From Escherichia coli (GTDB lineage Bacteria; Pseudomonadota; Gammaproteobacteria; Enterobacterales; Enterobacteriaceae): DNA of 64,000 bases. The stretch lies in NCBI RefSeq assembly GCF_050920415.1, contig NZ_CP169309.1; one strand, written 5' to 3'. A program made the translations under genes and the position numbers. The notes beneath the pieces were generated by a model. The model was given only the letters and a program-made list of their open reading frames with translations. It did not search any database and was not told where the DNA came from. Shown here piece by piece: positions 23,493-34,665 of the stretch (positions are counted from its first letter, which is position 1; each line of letters opens with the position of its first letter).

Positions 23493-24947
23493 ATGTCTTT
23501 ATCTCGCGCAGCGATTGTCGACCAGCTAAAGGAAATTGTTGGTGCAGATCGCGTAATTACCGATGAAACGGTATTGAAGAAAAACAGTATTGATCGTTTT
23601 CGTAAATTTCCGGATATTCATGGTATTTATACTTTGCCTATTCCGGCAGCGGTCGTAAAACTCGGTTCCACAGAGCAAGTGTCCCGTGTGCTGAATTTTA
23701 TGAATGCACACAAAATTAACGGTGTGCCGCGTACCGGGGCTTCCGCTACCGAAGGTGGGCTGGAAACCGTTGTGGAAAACTCGGTGGTGCTCGACGGCTC
23801 TGCCATGAATCAAATCATTAATATTGATATTGAGAATATGCAGGCCACGGCGCAATGCGGTGTTCCGCTGGAAGTGCTGGAAAACGCGTTGCGTGAAAAA
23901 GGTTACACCACGGGGCACTCTCCGCAGTCAAAACCGTTGGCACAGATGGGTGGACTGGTGGCGACCCGTAGTATTGGGCAGTTCTCCACACTCTACGGCG
24001 CAATCGAGGATATGGTCGTTGGCCTGGAAGCAGTACTGGCTGATGGCACCGTGACACGCATTAAAAACGTGCCACGACGCGCGGCGGGTCCGGACATTCG
24101 TCACATCATCATCGGCAACGAAGGCGCATTGTGCTATATCACTGAAGTCACTGTGAAAATCTTTAAATTCACTCCGGAAAACAACCTCTTCTACGGCTAT
24201 ATCCTGGAAGACATGAAAACCGGCTTCAACATCCTGCGTGAAATCATGGTGGAAGGATATCGTCCGTCGATCGCTCGTTTGTATGACGCTGAAGATGGCA
24301 CCCAACACTTCACCCATTTTGCCGACGGAAAATGCGTGCTGATCTTTATGGCTGAAGGTAACCCTCGCATTGCGAAGGCGACGGGCGAAGGGATTGCTGA
24401 AATCGTGGCACGTTACCCGCAATGCCAGCGCGTGGACAGCAAGCTGATCGAAACCTGGTTTAACAACCTGAACTGGGGACCGGATAAAGTGGCTGCCGAA
24501 CGTGTGCAGATCCTCAAAACCGGCAACATGGGCTTTACCACCGAAGTGTCCGGATGCTGGAGTTGCATACACGAAATCTACGAAAGCGTTATTAACCGTA
24601 TTCGTACCGAGTTCGCGCACGCCGACGACATCACCATGCTGGGCGGTCACTCCTCTCATAGCTATCAGAACGGCACCAACATGTACTTCGTCTACGACTA
24701 CAACGTCGTTGACTGTAAGCCGGAAGAGGAAATCGACAAGTACCACAATCCGCTCAACAAAATCATCTGCGAAGAAACCATTCGCCTCGGCGGTTCGATG
24801 GTGCACCACCACGGTATCGGTAAACATCGCGTTCACTGGAGCAAACTGGAACACGGCAGCGCGTGGGCATTGCTGGAAGGGCTGAAAAAACAGTTCGATC
24901 CTAACGGTATTATGAATACGGGTACTATCTATCCGATTGAAAAATAA
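23493..24947 (+). CDS. ygcU: FAD-linked oxidase (PCMH-type FAD-binding domain)
   Basis: 484-aa ORF with FAD-binding-4-like N-terminal domain. Confidence 0.85.
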   Translation: MSLSRAAIVDQLKEIVGADRVITDETVLKKNSIDRFRKFPDIHGIYTLPIPAAVVKLGSTEQVSRVLNFMNAHKINGVPRTGASATEGGLETVVENSVVLDGSAMNQIINIDIENMQATAQCGVPLEVLENALREKGYTTGHSPQSKPLAQMGGLVATRSIGQFSTLYGAIEDMVVGLEAVLADGTVTRIKNVPRRAAGPDIRHIIIGNEGALCYITEVTVKIFKFTPENNLFYGYILEDMKTGFNILREIMVEGYRPSIARLYDAEDGTQHFTHFADGKCVLIFMAEGNPRIAKATGEGIAEIVARYPQCQRVDSKLIETWFNNLNWGPDKVAAERVQILKTGNMGFTTEVSGCWSCIHEIYESVINRIRTEFAHADDITMLGGHSSHSYQNGTNMYFVYDYNVVDCKPEEEIDKYHNPLNKIICEETIRLGGSMVHHHGIGKHRVHWSKLEHGSAWALLEGLKKQFDPNGIMNTGTIYPIEK

Positions 24948-25040
24948 TGTGTCAGGCAGCGTTTCGCGATGACGGGGCGTTGTCTTTTCGGCTTCTCAAC
25001 CGGGAAGCCGTTCTTATTACCGGACAATGAAGGGGTAAAG

Positions 25041-26378
25041 ATGAACACTTCACCGGTGCGAATGGATGATTTACCGCTTAACCGTTTTCACTGTCGAATT
25101 GCTGCGCTGACTTTCGGCGCACACCTGACCGACGGTTATGTTCTCGGCGTCATTGGTTACGCCATAATTCAGCTTACTCCAGCCATGCAACTGACGCCGT
25201 TTATGGCGGGAATGATTGGTGGCTCGGCGCTACTTGGCCTGTTTATCGGCAGCCTGGTTTTGGGGTGGATCTCCGACCATATCGGGCGGCAAAAAATCTT
25301 CACCTTCAGCTTTATGCTGATTACGCTCGCCTCGTTCCTGCAATTTTTTGCCACCACGCCAGAGCATCTTATTGGACTGCGCATTTTGATCGGCATTGGG
25401 CTGGGAGGTGATTACTCAGTAGGTCACACCTTGCTGGCTGAATTTTCCCCGCGCCGCCATCGCGGTATTTTGCTGGGCGCTTTCAGCGTGGTGTGGACCG
25501 TAGGTTATGTGTTGGCAAGTCTTGCCGGACATCACTTAATTAGCGAAAGCCCCGAAGCCTGGCGATGGTTACTTGCATCGGCGGCATTTCCTGCCCTGTT
25601 GATTACGTTGTTACGTTGGGGAACGCCAGAATCGCCACGCTGGCTACTGCGCCAGGGGCGTTTTGCAGAAGCTCACGCTATCGTGCATCGCTATTTTGGT
25701 CCCCATGTTTTACTGGGCGATGAAGTGGCAACGGCGACCCATAAACACATCAAAACCTTGTTCTCTTCGCGCTACTGGCGGCGCACGGCGTTTAACAGCA
25801 TCTTCTTTGTCTGCCTCGTGATCCCGTGGTTTGTGATTTATACCTGGCTGCCAACTATCGCCCAGACTATTGGACTGGAAGATGCGCTGACTGCCAGCCT
25901 GATGCTTAATGCGTTGTTAATTGTGGGCGCGCTGCTGGGATTAGTTCTGACGCACCTGCTGGCACATCGCAAATTTTTGCTGGGAAGTTTTTTGCTGCTG
26001 GCGGCAACGCTGGTAGTGATGGCCTGTTTGCCTTCTGGCAGTTCATTAACGCTGCTGCTTTTTGTTCTCTTCAGCACCACCATTTCGTCAGTCAGTAATC
26101 TGGTGGGCATTTTGCCTGCGGAAAGTTTTCCTACTGACATTCGCTCGCTGGGTATCGGTTTTGCCACTGCCATGAGTCGGTTGGGGGCGGCGGTAAGTAC
26201 TGGCCTGCTGCCGTGGGTGCTGGCGCAGTGGGGAATGCAAGTCACCTTATTGCTCCTGGCGGCAGTGTTGTTGGTTGGTTTTGTTGTGACCTGGCTATGG
26301 GCACCAGAAACCAAAGCACTCCCGCTGGTGGCGGCGGGAAATGTAGGAGGTACGAATGAACATTCTGTTAGCGTTTAA
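25041..26378 (+). CDS. ygcS: MFS transporter
   Basis: ORF 24969..26378; likely start at MNTSPVRMDD preceded by GAAGGGG; 12-TM profile. Confidence 0.8.
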   Translation: MNTSPVRMDDLPLNRFHCRIAALTFGAHLTDGYVLGVIGYAIIQLTPAMQLTPFMAGMIGGSALLGLFIGSLVLGWISDHIGRQKIFTFSFMLITLASFLQFFATTPEHLIGLRILIGIGLGGDYSVGHTLLAEFSPRRHRGILLGAFSVVWTVGYVLASLAGHHLISESPEAWRWLLASAAFPALLITLLRWGTPESPRWLLRQGRFAEAHAIVHRYFGPHVLLGDEVATATHKHIKTLFSSRYWRRTAFNSIFFVCLVIPWFVIYTWLPTIAQTIGLEDALTASLMLNALLIVGALLGLVLTHLLAHRKFLLGSFLLLAATLVVMACLPSGSSLTLLLFVLFSTTISSVSNLVGILPAESFPTDIRSLGIGFATAMSRLGAAVSTGLLPWVLAQWGMQVTLLLLAAVLLVGFVVTWLWAPETKALPLVAAGNVGGTNEHSVSV

Positions 26379-27135
26379 AGCCGAACCGGATGCCGGAATG
26401 CTGGCGGAAAAAGAGTGGCAGGCAGCGGCTCAGGGTAATAGCGGACCGGATGTTTCGCTTCTGCGAAGTTTACTCGGTGCTGATGAACAGGCTGCCGCCG
26501 CGCTGCTGTTGGCGCAGAGAAAAAACGGTATGTCGATGTCTTTAACCGCGTTGAGCATGGGGGATGAACGGGCGTTGCACTGGCTGCGCTATCTCATGGC
26601 TCTTGGGTTTGAGGAAGCTGTATTGCTGGAGACGGCGGCAGATCTGCGCTTTGCGCCGGAATTTGTCGCTCGCCATATTGCCGAATGGCAGCGCCAGAAT
26701 CCGCTGGATCTGATCATTACTGGCTGCCAGAGCAGCGAAGGGCAGAACGGGCAAACGCCATTTTTGCTGGCGGAAATGCTGACTTGGCCCTGCTTTACCC
26801 AGGTGGAGCGTTTTACTCTCGACGCACCGTTTATCTCGCTCGAACAGCGTACTGAACATGGATTACGCTGTTGTCGGGTTCGCTTGCCTGCGGTGATTGC
26901 CGTGCGCCAGTGTGGCGAGGTGGCCTTGCCAGTACCGGGAATGCGCCAGCGAATGGCTGCGGGGAAAGCTGAAATTATCCGCAAAACTGTTACTGCTGAA
27001 TCGCCAGCGATGCAGTGCCGGCAACTGGAAAGGCCAGAGCAACGACGCGGTGCAACGCTTCTTGATGGGCAAACGGTAGCAGAAAAAGCGCAAAAGCTAT
27101 GGCAGGACTATTTACGCCAAAGGATGCAGCCATGA
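26356..27135 (+). CDS. ygcR: electron-transfer flavoprotein beta-subunit-like (FixA-like)
   Basis: 259-aa ORF; overlaps the end of ygcS and the start of ygcQ. Confidence 0.8.
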   Translation: MNILLAFKAEPDAGMLAEKEWQAAAQGNSGPDVSLLRSLLGADEQAAAALLLAQRKNGMSMSLTALSMGDERALHWLRYLMALGFEEAVLLETAADLRFAPEFVARHIAEWQRQNPLDLIITGCQSSEGQNGQTPFLLAEMLTWPCFTQVERFTLDAPFISLEQRTEHGLRCCRVRLPAVIAVRQCGEVALPVPGMRQRMAAGKAEIIRKTVTAESPAMQCRQLERPEQRRGATLLDGQTVAEKAQKLWQDYLRQRMQP

Positions 27136-27992
27136 ATATCGCCATTGTGACAATAAATCAGGACCATGCCGCAATAGCGGGCTGGCTGGCGGAGCAGGAT
27201 TTCAGCGGCAGCACATTAACGCACTGGCAAATCGAGCCGCAGCCGATGGTCGCGGAACAGGTGCTGGATGCGCTGGTAGAACAGTGGCAGCGAACGCCTG
27301 CGGACGTTGTTCTCTTTCCGCCGGGAACGTTTGGTGATGAACTGTCGACACGGTTGGCCTGGCGATTACATGGTGCAAGCATCAGCCAGGTGACTTCGTT
27401 AGATATTTCAACCGGAAGCGTACGCAAATCCCACTGGGGAAATGCGCTAACGGCGACGCTGCAAACAGAAAAACGCCCGCTATGCCTCTCCCTGGCGCGT
27501 CAGGCGGGAGCAGATAAAAACGCCTCGTTGCCCCCGGGTATGCAGCAACTGAACATTGTCCCAGGTGCGCTTCCCAGCTGGCTGGTTAGCATAGTGAACC
27601 TGAAAAATGTTACCCGCGACCCATTAGCTGAGGCCAGACGGGTGCTGGTGGTGGGGCAGGGCGGAGAGGCAGATAACCAGGAAATCGCTATGCTGGCAGA
27701 AAAGCTGGGAGCCGAAGTGGGCTACAGTCGGGCACGAGTGATGAACGGTGGCGTTGATGCTGAAAAAGTGATTGGTATTTCAGGACATCTGCTGGCACCT
27801 GAGGTGTGCATTGTTGTTGGCGCTTCCGGCGCAGCAGCGTTAATGGCGGGCGTACGCAATAGCAAGTTTGTGGTGGCGATTAATCATGACGCCAGCGCAG
27901 CGGTATTTTCACAGGCAGATGTTGGCGTGGTTGATGACTGGAAAGTGGTGCTGGAGGCACTGGTGACAAACATTCACGCAGATTGCCAATAA
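27132..27992 (+). CDS. ygcQ: electron-transfer flavoprotein alpha-subunit-like (FixB-like)
   Basis: ORF 27099..27992; start taken at MNIAIVTINQD. Confidence 0.8.
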   Translation: MNIAIVTINQDHAAIAGWLAEQDFSGSTLTHWQIEPQPMVAEQVLDALVEQWQRTPADVVLFPPGTFGDELSTRLAWRLHGASISQVTSLDISTGSVRKSHWGNALTATLQTEKRPLCLSLARQAGADKNASLPPGMQQLNIVPGALPSWLVSIVNLKNVTRDPLAEARRVLVVGQGGEADNQEIAMLAEKLGAEVGYSRARVMNGGVDAEKVIGISGHLLAPEVCIVVGASGAAALMAGVRNSKFVVAINHDASAAVFSQADVGVVDDWKVVLEALVTNIHADCQ

Positions 27993-27994
27993 CG

Positions 27995-28105
27995 TGTTGC
28001 CGGATGATCCTGCCTACGGTTCTTGCCAGGGGACTTGTAGGCCTGATAAGACGCGTCAAGCGTCGCATCAGGCGCTGAATGTCGGATGTGGCGTGCAGCC
28101 TACAA
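27995..28105. repeat. REP/BIME palindromic elements
   Basis: GCCGGATG... and GTAGGCCTGATAAGACGCG...CGCATCAGGC motifs typical of E. coli REP units. Confidence 0.65.
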
Positions 28106-28138
28106 ATCACACAAATTCAATTCGTTACGATTATCTCG

Positions 28139-28714
28139 TCAAAGCAATTTTTTCGCTAACGTCCAGACCCCGGTATTCGTGGTAGAAAGCGCCACTACAC
28201 CGGCGTTAATCGCATTACGCGCATCTTCTTCATCGCACACCAGCCCGCCAGCAATCAGCGGCTGGTGGATTTTCTCCGTTACCCAGCCCAGCACTTTAGG
28301 CATACAGCCTGGCAGAATTTCAATACAATCAGGATTCGATTGCGCAACCTGCTTATCAATGTTGTGAAAAGAAATCGAGTCGACAATAAACAAGCGATGA
28401 ATACAGAAAAAGCCTTCCGCTCTCGCCGCTTTTAGCATTGACGCTTTGGTACTGATAATGCCGTCCGCCTCGGTCACCAGTTTCAGAAACTGAATTACTA
28501 CTTCTTTATTTGACGCGCCTTCCAGCAAATCGACATGAATAAAAGCATATTTTCCGGCGTTCTTAATCTTTTTGACGATATGACTGATGGTGCAAATATT
28601 GCCGTATAACACGGAAATAAACTGGCATTCAGAATCGATTGCCAACTGCAGGCTGGCATTATCTTTAACGGCAGCAATCACCGGATTCTGGCGGAGCAGG
28701 TGTAAGAGGGGCAT
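28139..28714 (-). CDS. ygcP: GlpP-like antiterminator-family protein
   Basis: 191-aa ORF; position and size match ygcP. Confidence 0.8.
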   Translation of the reverse strand: MPLLHLLRQNPVIAAVKDNASLQLAIDSECQFISVLYGNICTISHIVKKIKNAGKYAFIHVDLLEGASNKEVVIQFLKLVTEADGIISTKASMLKAARAEGFFCIHRLFIVDSISFHNIDKQVAQSNPDCIEILPGCMPKVLGWVTEKIHQPLIAGGLVCDEEDARNAINAGVVALSTTNTGVWTLAKKLL

Positions 28715-28730
28715 AAATTATCCTTATTAT

Positions 28731-28991
28731 TTATCCAAAGCGGTAGATGATGCCGAATCCGGAAGGCGGATAGCGCCACTGTTGCAGTGTTTTTTCATCG
28801 CACAGCAAACGGCAGGTGCCACACTCCAGACAATTACGATAATCAACGTGCAAATCACCTTCCGGTGTGAGCGAAAAAAGACCAGCCGGACAAGCGTTAA
28901 TCAACCGTTCTGCCGTCTGGCGCTCAACGGAGTCAGCCGGAACAATATGTGGCGCATCAGCAGCGCGCCAGAGATTACGGGCTACAGACAT
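28731..28991 (-). CDS. ygcO: ferredoxin-like protein (FixX-like)
   Basis: ORF 28731..29027; Cys cluster CLECGTCRLLC; start taken at MSVARNL. Confidence 0.75.
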   Translation of the reverse strand: MSVARNLWRAADAPHIVPADSVERQTAERLINACPAGLFSLTPEGDLHVDYRNCLECGTCRLLCDEKTLQQWRYPPSGFGIIYRFG

Positions 28992-30253
28992 CGAATACTC
29001 CTGACAACATCGCCCGCCAGATGCCACAGGCCATGACGACGTAAATGACGCCAGAGCAACTGGCGCAGCGGCGGAACAGGTTTATCACCCTGATCCCATA
29101 AATCGCGGGAAATATCCTGCATTAACGCAGGCCACTTACGGTACCAGCCCGGGCGTTGCAAAAGCGCCGGAACATGCTGATAGCGCTGTAGAACATCCCA
29201 CAGCAGGCTGCGCTCTACGTTGTAATGATAAAGCGGAAACAGATTTTGCGGCTCGCGGTGCTGGCAGGCGCTTATCAGCGTTTGTGCCGCCGCCTGTGCG
29301 CCAGCCAGCGCCATATCCATGCCGCGCACGGAAATTCCGGTATTGACGCAACTGCGCAACGCATCGCCCAGCAGCAGCCAGCCGTTACCGGCGTATTGCA
29401 CCGGCATACTGTGCAAGCCACCTTCTGGCACCAGATGCGCACCATACTCCAGTGATTCCGTGTTTTTGATAAGCGGGCGCACTGCCGGATGCGTTTTAAA
29501 GCGAGCCAGCAGCTCGCTTGCCGGAACACGACTTTGCGTAAGTGAAGAGAGCGGGCAAACAATCCCTAACGAGAGCGTTTGTTGATTAGTATAAAGAAAT
29601 GCGCCGTCGGGTAAGTCATCACAGATTCCGCCGCTGAACAGCAACGCTGCGCCTTCGTTATTCTCCAGATGAAAACGTTCTTCAATAGCGGATGTTTCCA
29701 GTGACAGAACTTCTTTAATCCCCAACGCCATCACTTCGCCAGCAGGACGAGTCACTAACCCGTGACGCTCAGACAGGACGCTGTTGGCACCTTCTGCCAG
29801 CACCACATAACGGGCGCGGAGAATATCGTCACCACAAATAACGCCGCAAACTCTGCCTTTTTCTTCATACAGTGCATCCACCGTCGTACCGGGGATGCAT
29901 TCGACACCTTCTTTTTCGGCTTCGGCAACCAGCCACGGATCGAATCGCGCACGTAATACACTCCAGGATTCACCGCCGGGCTGTAAGCTGGAAAACGTCG
30001 TTGCGCCATCCGGCGTTAGCAGAGAAAGACTTTCGTGAGTGATGCGTCGTTCAAGAGGCGCGGTCAGGTGAAACTGAGGGAGGAGTTCCGCGAGCGCATG
30101 GGTGTATAAACGCCCGCCGGAAAGGTTTTTACTGCCGGGAATTTCAGCGCGTTCCAGTAACAGAACGGATAAACCTGCCCGCGCGCAGCGTAAAGAACAA
30201 GCGGTGCCTGCTATACCCGCACCAATAATAATAATGTCGCAGTCGTCTTCCAT
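28982..30253 (-). CDS. ygcN: FAD-dependent oxidoreductase (FixC/ETF-QO-like)
   Basis: ORF 28982..30283; dinucleotide-binding motif IIIIGAGIAG right after the internal Met chosen as start. Confidence 0.8.
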   Translation of the reverse strand: MEDDCDIIIIGAGIAGTACSLRCARAGLSVLLLERAEIPGSKNLSGGRLYTHALAELLPQFHLTAPLERRITHESLSLLTPDGATTFSSLQPGGESWSVLRARFDPWLVAEAEKEGVECIPGTTVDALYEEKGRVCGVICGDDILRARYVVLAEGANSVLSERHGLVTRPAGEVMALGIKEVLSLETSAIEERFHLENNEGAALLFSGGICDDLPDGAFLYTNQQTLSLGIVCPLSSLTQSRVPASELLARFKTHPAVRPLIKNTESLEYGAHLVPEGGLHSMPVQYAGNGWLLLGDALRSCVNTGISVRGMDMALAGAQAAAQTLISACQHREPQNLFPLYHYNVERSLLWDVLQRYQHVPALLQRPGWYRKWPALMQDISRDLWDQGDKPVPPLRQLLWRHLRRHGLWHLAGDVVRSIRCL

Positions 30254-30330
30254 GTCATGCCCCAGATATCCAGAGCGCAACACCCTAACATAGCGTTACT
30301 TAAGGGAAATTGACCGCCGACACACTCTTA

Positions 30331-30696
30331 TCATTCGCCGCGATAGATGCAACCTGCGGTGCAGGTTTCTTTCACCATAACCGCACTTAACAGCGGAACA
30401 ACCGGTTTAACCTGATCCCAAATCCATTTTGCTAAAACCTCGCTGGTCGGGTTTTCCAGGCCAGGAATATCATTGAGATAATAGTGATCGAGGCGATCAT
30501 AGGTTGGTTTAAATGCCGCTTTCAGTTCAGCGAAATCGATAATCCAGCCCGTATGCGGATCGACTTCCCCGGTAATTTCCAGTCGCACCATAAAGGAATG
30601 CCCGTGCAGGCGACCACATTTATGTCCTTCCGGGACGTGTGGTAAGCGGTGAGCGGCTTCGAAGGTGAAATCTTTAAATAACGTGGTGGACATCAT
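30331..30696 (-). CDS. queD: 6-carboxy-5,6,7,8-tetrahydropterin synthase
   Basis: ORF 30331..30780; start taken at [35 protein letters not shown] (PTPS fold, CxxxHGH zinc motif). Confidence 0.88.
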   Translation of the reverse strand: MMSTTLFKDFTFEAAHRLPHVPEGHKCGRLHGHSFMVRLEITGEVDPHTGWIIDFAELKAAFKPTYDRLDHYYLNDIPGLENPTSEVLAKWIWDQVKPVVPLLSAVMVKETCTAGCIYRGE

Positions 30697-31011
30697 AATT
30701 TCTCTACATGACGATAAAACCGCCGTAGAGTACCGGAAAGGCTGTTTTTTCGCATTATCTAAAACGACTTTGTTGCGCAAAATCGCTGATTTATCTTAAT
30801 GATTGGTTAAATTCATTTGTTTTTCATTGGGTTGGTTAATCTGTTTTGTTGTTAAAGACTATTGCTAAAACAGGTTAGTCGATTTGGTTATTAGTTATCG
30901 CTATCCCGTCTTTAATCCACACCGTTCACCCCGTTAACCTTACCTTCTCTTCTGTTTTATGGGCGCTGACAGGGCGCAGAAACAGCTTTGCTTACTGGAA
31001 CATAACGACGC

Positions 31012-32817
31012 ATGACGACACAGGTCCCACCTTCCGCGTTGCTTCCGTTGAACCCGGAGCAACTGGCACGCCTTCAGGCGGCCACGACCGATTTAACTCC
31101 CACCCAGCTTGCCTGGGTTTCTGGCTATTTCTGGGGCGTGCTCAACCAACAGCCTGCTGCGCTTACAGCGACGCCAGCGCCCGCCCCCGCCGCAGAAATG
31201 CCGGGTATAACTATTATCTCCGCTTCGCAAACCGGCAATGCGCGCCGGGTTGCTGAAACATTACGCGATGATTTATTAGCGGCAAAACTGAACGTTAAGC
31301 TGGTGAACGCGGGCGACTATAAATTCAAACAAATCGCCAGCGAAAAACTGCTCATCGTGGTGACGTCAACGCAAGGTGAAGGGGAACCGCCGGAGGAGGC
31401 CGTCGCGCTGCATAAGTTCCTGTTCTCCAAAAAAGCGCCGAAGCTGGAAAACACCGCGTTTGCCGTGTTTAGTCTCGGCGATAGCTCTTATGAATTTTTC
31501 TGCCAGTCCGGAAAAGATTTCGATAGCAAGCTGGCGGAACTGGGCGGTGAACGCCTGCTCGACCGTGTCGATGCCGATGTTGAATACCAGGCCGCTGCCA
31601 GCGAGTGGCGCGCCCGCGTGGTAGATGCTCTTAAATCGCGTTCGCCTGTCGCGGCACCTTCGCAATCCGTCGCTACTGGCGCGGTAAATGAAATCCACAC
31701 CAGCCCGTACAGCAAAGACGCGCCGCTGGTGGCGAGCCTTTCGGTTAACCAGAAAATTACTGGGCGTAACTCTGAAAAAGACGTTCGCCATATCGAAATT
31801 GACCTGGGCGACTCTGGCCTGCGTTACCAGCCTGGCGATGCGCTGGGCGTCTGGTATCAGAACGATCCGGCGCTGGTGAAAGAACTTGTCGAATTGCTGT
31901 GGCTGAAAGGCGATGAACCTGTCACCGTCGAGGGCAAAACGTTGCCTCTGAACGAGGCCCTACAGTGGCACTTCGAACTGACCGTCAACACCGCCAACAT
32001 CGTTGAGAACTACGCCACGCTTACCCGCAGCGAAACACTGCTGCCGCTGGTGGGCGATAAAGCGAAGTTACAGCATTACGCCGCGACCACGCCGATTGTC
32101 GATATGGTGCGTTTCTCTCCTGCGCAGCTTGACGCTGAAGCCCTGATTAACTTGCTGCGCCCGCTGACCCCGCGCCTGTACTCCATCGCCTCCTCGCAGG
32201 CGGAAGTCGAGAACGAAGTACACGTCACCGTTGGTGTGGTGCGTTATGACATTGAAGGCCGCGCCCGTGCTGGCGGTGCCTCCAGCTTTCTTGCGGACCG
32301 TGTGGAAGAAGAGGGCGAAGTCCGCGTATTTATCGAACATAACGACAACTTCCGCCTGCCCGCTAACCCGGAAACGCCGGTGATTATGATTGGCCCAGGC
32401 ACCGGCATCGCGCCATTCCGCGCCTTTATGCAGCAACGCGCCGCTGACGAAGCGCCGGGCAAAAACTGGCTGTTCTTCGGCAACCCACACTTTACCGAAG
32501 ATTTCCTCTACCAGGTGGAGTGGCAGCGCTACGTCAAAGAGGGCGTGCTGACGCGTATCGATCTTGCCTGGTCGCGCGATCAAAAAGAAAAAATTTACGT
32601 ACAAGACAAAATGCGCGAACAGGGCGCAGAGCTGTGGCGCTGGATCAATGACGGTGCCCACATTTATGTCTGCGGCGACGCTAATCGCATGGCGAAAGAC
32701 GTTGAACAGGCACTTCTGGAAGTGATTGCCGAATTTGGTGGCATGGACACCGAAGCGGCGGATGAATTTTTAAGTGAGCTGCGCGTAGAGCGCCGTTATC
32801 AGCGAGATGTCTACTAA
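31012..32817 (+). CDS. cysJ: sulfite reductase [NADPH] flavoprotein alpha subunit
   Basis: 601-aa ORF; flavodoxin and FAD/NADPH reductase domains; [17 protein letters not shown]. Confidence 0.96.
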   Translation: MTTQVPPSALLPLNPEQLARLQAATTDLTPTQLAWVSGYFWGVLNQQPAALTATPAPAPAAEMPGITIISASQTGNARRVAETLRDDLLAAKLNVKLVNAGDYKFKQIASEKLLIVVTSTQGEGEPPEEAVALHKFLFSKKAPKLENTAFAVFSLGDSSYEFFCQSGKDFDSKLAELGGERLLDRVDADVEYQAAASEWRARVVDALKSRSPVAAPSQSVATGAVNEIHTSPYSKDAPLVASLSVNQKITGRNSEKDVRHIEIDLGDSGLRYQPGDALGVWYQNDPALVKELVELLWLKGDEPVTVEGKTLPLNEALQWHFELTVNTANIVENYATLTRSETLLPLVGDKAKLQHYAATTPIVDMVRFSPAQLDAEALINLLRPLTPRLYSIASSQAEVENEVHVTVGVVRYDIEGRARAGGASSFLADRVEEEGEVRVFIEHNDNFRLPANPETPVIMIGPGTGIAPFRAFMQQRAADEAPGKNWLFFGNPHFTEDFLYQVEWQRYVKEGVLTRIDLAWSRDQKEKIYVQDKMREQGAELWRWINDGAHIYVCGDANRMAKDVEQALLEVIAEFGGMDTEAADEFLSELRVERRYQRDVY

Positions 32818-34529
32818 TGAGCGAAAAACATCCAGGGCCTTTAGTGGTCGAAGGTAAACTGACAGACGCCGAGCGCATGAAGCTTGAGAGCAACTACCTG
32901 CGCGGGACCATTGCGGAAGATTTAAACGACGGTCTGACCGGCGGCTTTAAGGGCGACAACTTCCTGCTGATCCGTTTCCACGGTATGTATCAGCAGGATG
33001 ACCGCGATATCCGCGCCGAACGTGCTGAACAGAAGCTGGAACCGCGTCATGCGATGCTGCTGCGCTGCCGTCTGCCGGGTGGGGTGATCACCACTAAACA
33101 GTGGCAGGCAATTGATAAATTCGCCGGTGAAAACACCATTTATGGCAGCATTCGCCTGACCAACCGCCAGACGTTCCAGTTCCACGGCATTCTGAAAAAG
33201 AACGTCAAACCGGTGCACCAGATGCTGCACTCGGTCGGTCTTGATGCGCTGGCGACCGCCAACGACATGAACCGTAATGTACTCTGCACCTCGAACCCAT
33301 TTGAATCTCAGTTGCACGCGGAAGCGTATGAGTGGGCGAAGAAAATCTCTGAACATCTGCTGCCGCGTACCCGCGCCTACGCGGAGATCTGGCTCGATCA
33401 GGAAAAAGTCGCCACCACTGACGAAGAACCGATCCTCGGTCAGACCTATCTGCCGCGTAAATTCAAAACCACGGTAGTGATCCCGCCGCAGAACGATATC
33501 GATCTGCACGCCAACGACATGAACTTTGTGGCGATCGCGGAAAACGGCAAGCTGGTGGGCTTCAACCTGCTGGTGGGTGGTGGGCTTTCTATCGAACACG
33601 GCAACAAGAAAACCTACGCCCGCACGGCGAGCGAGTTTGGCTATCTGCCACTGGAGCATACGCTGGCGGTGGCGGAAGCGGTCATTACCACTCAGCGTGA
33701 CTGGGGTAATCGTACTGACCGTAAAAACGCCAAAACCAAATACACGCTGGAGCGCGTGGGGGTCGAGACGTTTAAAGCAGAAGTGGAACGTCGCGCGGGG
33801 ATCAAGTTCGAACCGATCCGTCCGTATGAATTTACCGGTCGCGGCGATCGTATCGGCTGGGTAAAAGGGATCGACGACAAATGGCACTTGACGCTGTTTA
33901 TCGAAAATGGCCGAATTCTTGATTATCCGGGACGTCCGCTGAAAACCGGCCTGTTGGAGATCGCAAAGATCCACAAAGGTGATTTCCGCATTACGGCGAA
34001 CCAGAATCTGATCATCGCCGGTGTACCGGAAAGCGAGAAAGCGAAGATTGAGAAGATCGCCAAAGAGAGCGGATTGATGAATGCCGTCACGCCGCAGCGC
34101 GAAAACTCAATGGCCTGCGTGTCATTCCCGACTTGCCCGTTGGCGATGGCGGAAGCGGAGCGTTTCCTGCCGTCGTTTATCGATAACATCGATAATTTAA
34201 TGGCGAAACATGGTGTCAGCGATGAGCATATCGTGATGCGTGTAACAGGCTGCCCGAACGGTTGTGGTCGCGCGATGCTGGCGGAAGTGGGCCTGGTGGG
34301 TAAAGCGCCTGGGCGCTACAACCTGCATCTTGGTGGCAACCGCATTGGGACACGTATCCCACGGATGCATAAAGAAAACATCACCGAGCCGGAAATCCTG
34401 GCGACGCTTGATGAACTGATAGGGCGCTGGGCGAAAGAACGTGAAGCGGGTGAAGGCTTCGGCGACTTTACGGTGCGTGCGGGCATCATTCGCCCGGTGC
34501 TCGATCCGGCGCGTGATTTGTGGGATTAA
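32817..34529 (+). CDS. cysI: sulfite reductase hemoprotein beta subunit
   Basis: 570-aa ORF; siroheme/4Fe-4S Cys motifs ([21 protein letters not shown]). Confidence 0.96.
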   Translation: MSEKHPGPLVVEGKLTDAERMKLESNYLRGTIAEDLNDGLTGGFKGDNFLLIRFHGMYQQDDRDIRAERAEQKLEPRHAMLLRCRLPGGVITTKQWQAIDKFAGENTIYGSIRLTNRQTFQFHGILKKNVKPVHQMLHSVGLDALATANDMNRNVLCTSNPFESQLHAEAYEWAKKISEHLLPRTRAYAEIWLDQEKVATTDEEPILGQTYLPRKFKTTVVIPPQNDIDLHANDMNFVAIAENGKLVGFNLLVGGGLSIEHGNKKTYARTASEFGYLPLEHTLAVAEAVITTQRDWGNRTDRKNAKTKYTLERVGVETFKAEVERRAGIKFEPIRPYEFTGRGDRIGWVKGIDDKWHLTLFIENGRILDYPGRPLKTGLLEIAKIHKGDFRITANQNLIIAGVPESEKAKIEKIAKESGLMNAVTPQRENSMACVSFPTCPLAMAEAERFLPSFIDNIDNLMAKHGVSDEHIVMRVTGCPNGCGRAMLAEVGLVGKAPGRYNLHLGGNRIGTRIPRMHKENITEPEILATLDELIGRWAKEREAGEGFGDFTVRAGIIRPVLDPARDLWD

Positions 34530-34554
34530 TATGAATTGCCGCTTCAACTCGGTT

Positions 34555-34640
34555 TTGTTGGCCTGATAAGCGAAGCGCCATCAGGCACTGTGACACCTTT
34601 TGCCGGATGTGGCATAAACGTCTTATCCGGCCTACTTAAC
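34555..34640. repeat. REP/BIME palindromic elements
   Basis: GGCCTGATAAGCGAAGCGCCATCAGGC and TGCCGGATGTGGCATAAACGTCTTATCCGGCCTAC. Confidence 0.65.
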
Positions 34641-34665
34641 CCGCAAGGCAAACAGTGAGGAATCT

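Noticed and set aside
32922-33974. 350-aa ORF antisense to cysI (and similar antisense ORFs in gudX, pyrG, ygcU, relA, cas genes)
   Set aside because: Nested opposite well-supported genes with arginine/histidine-rich low-complexity translations typical of non-coding frames.
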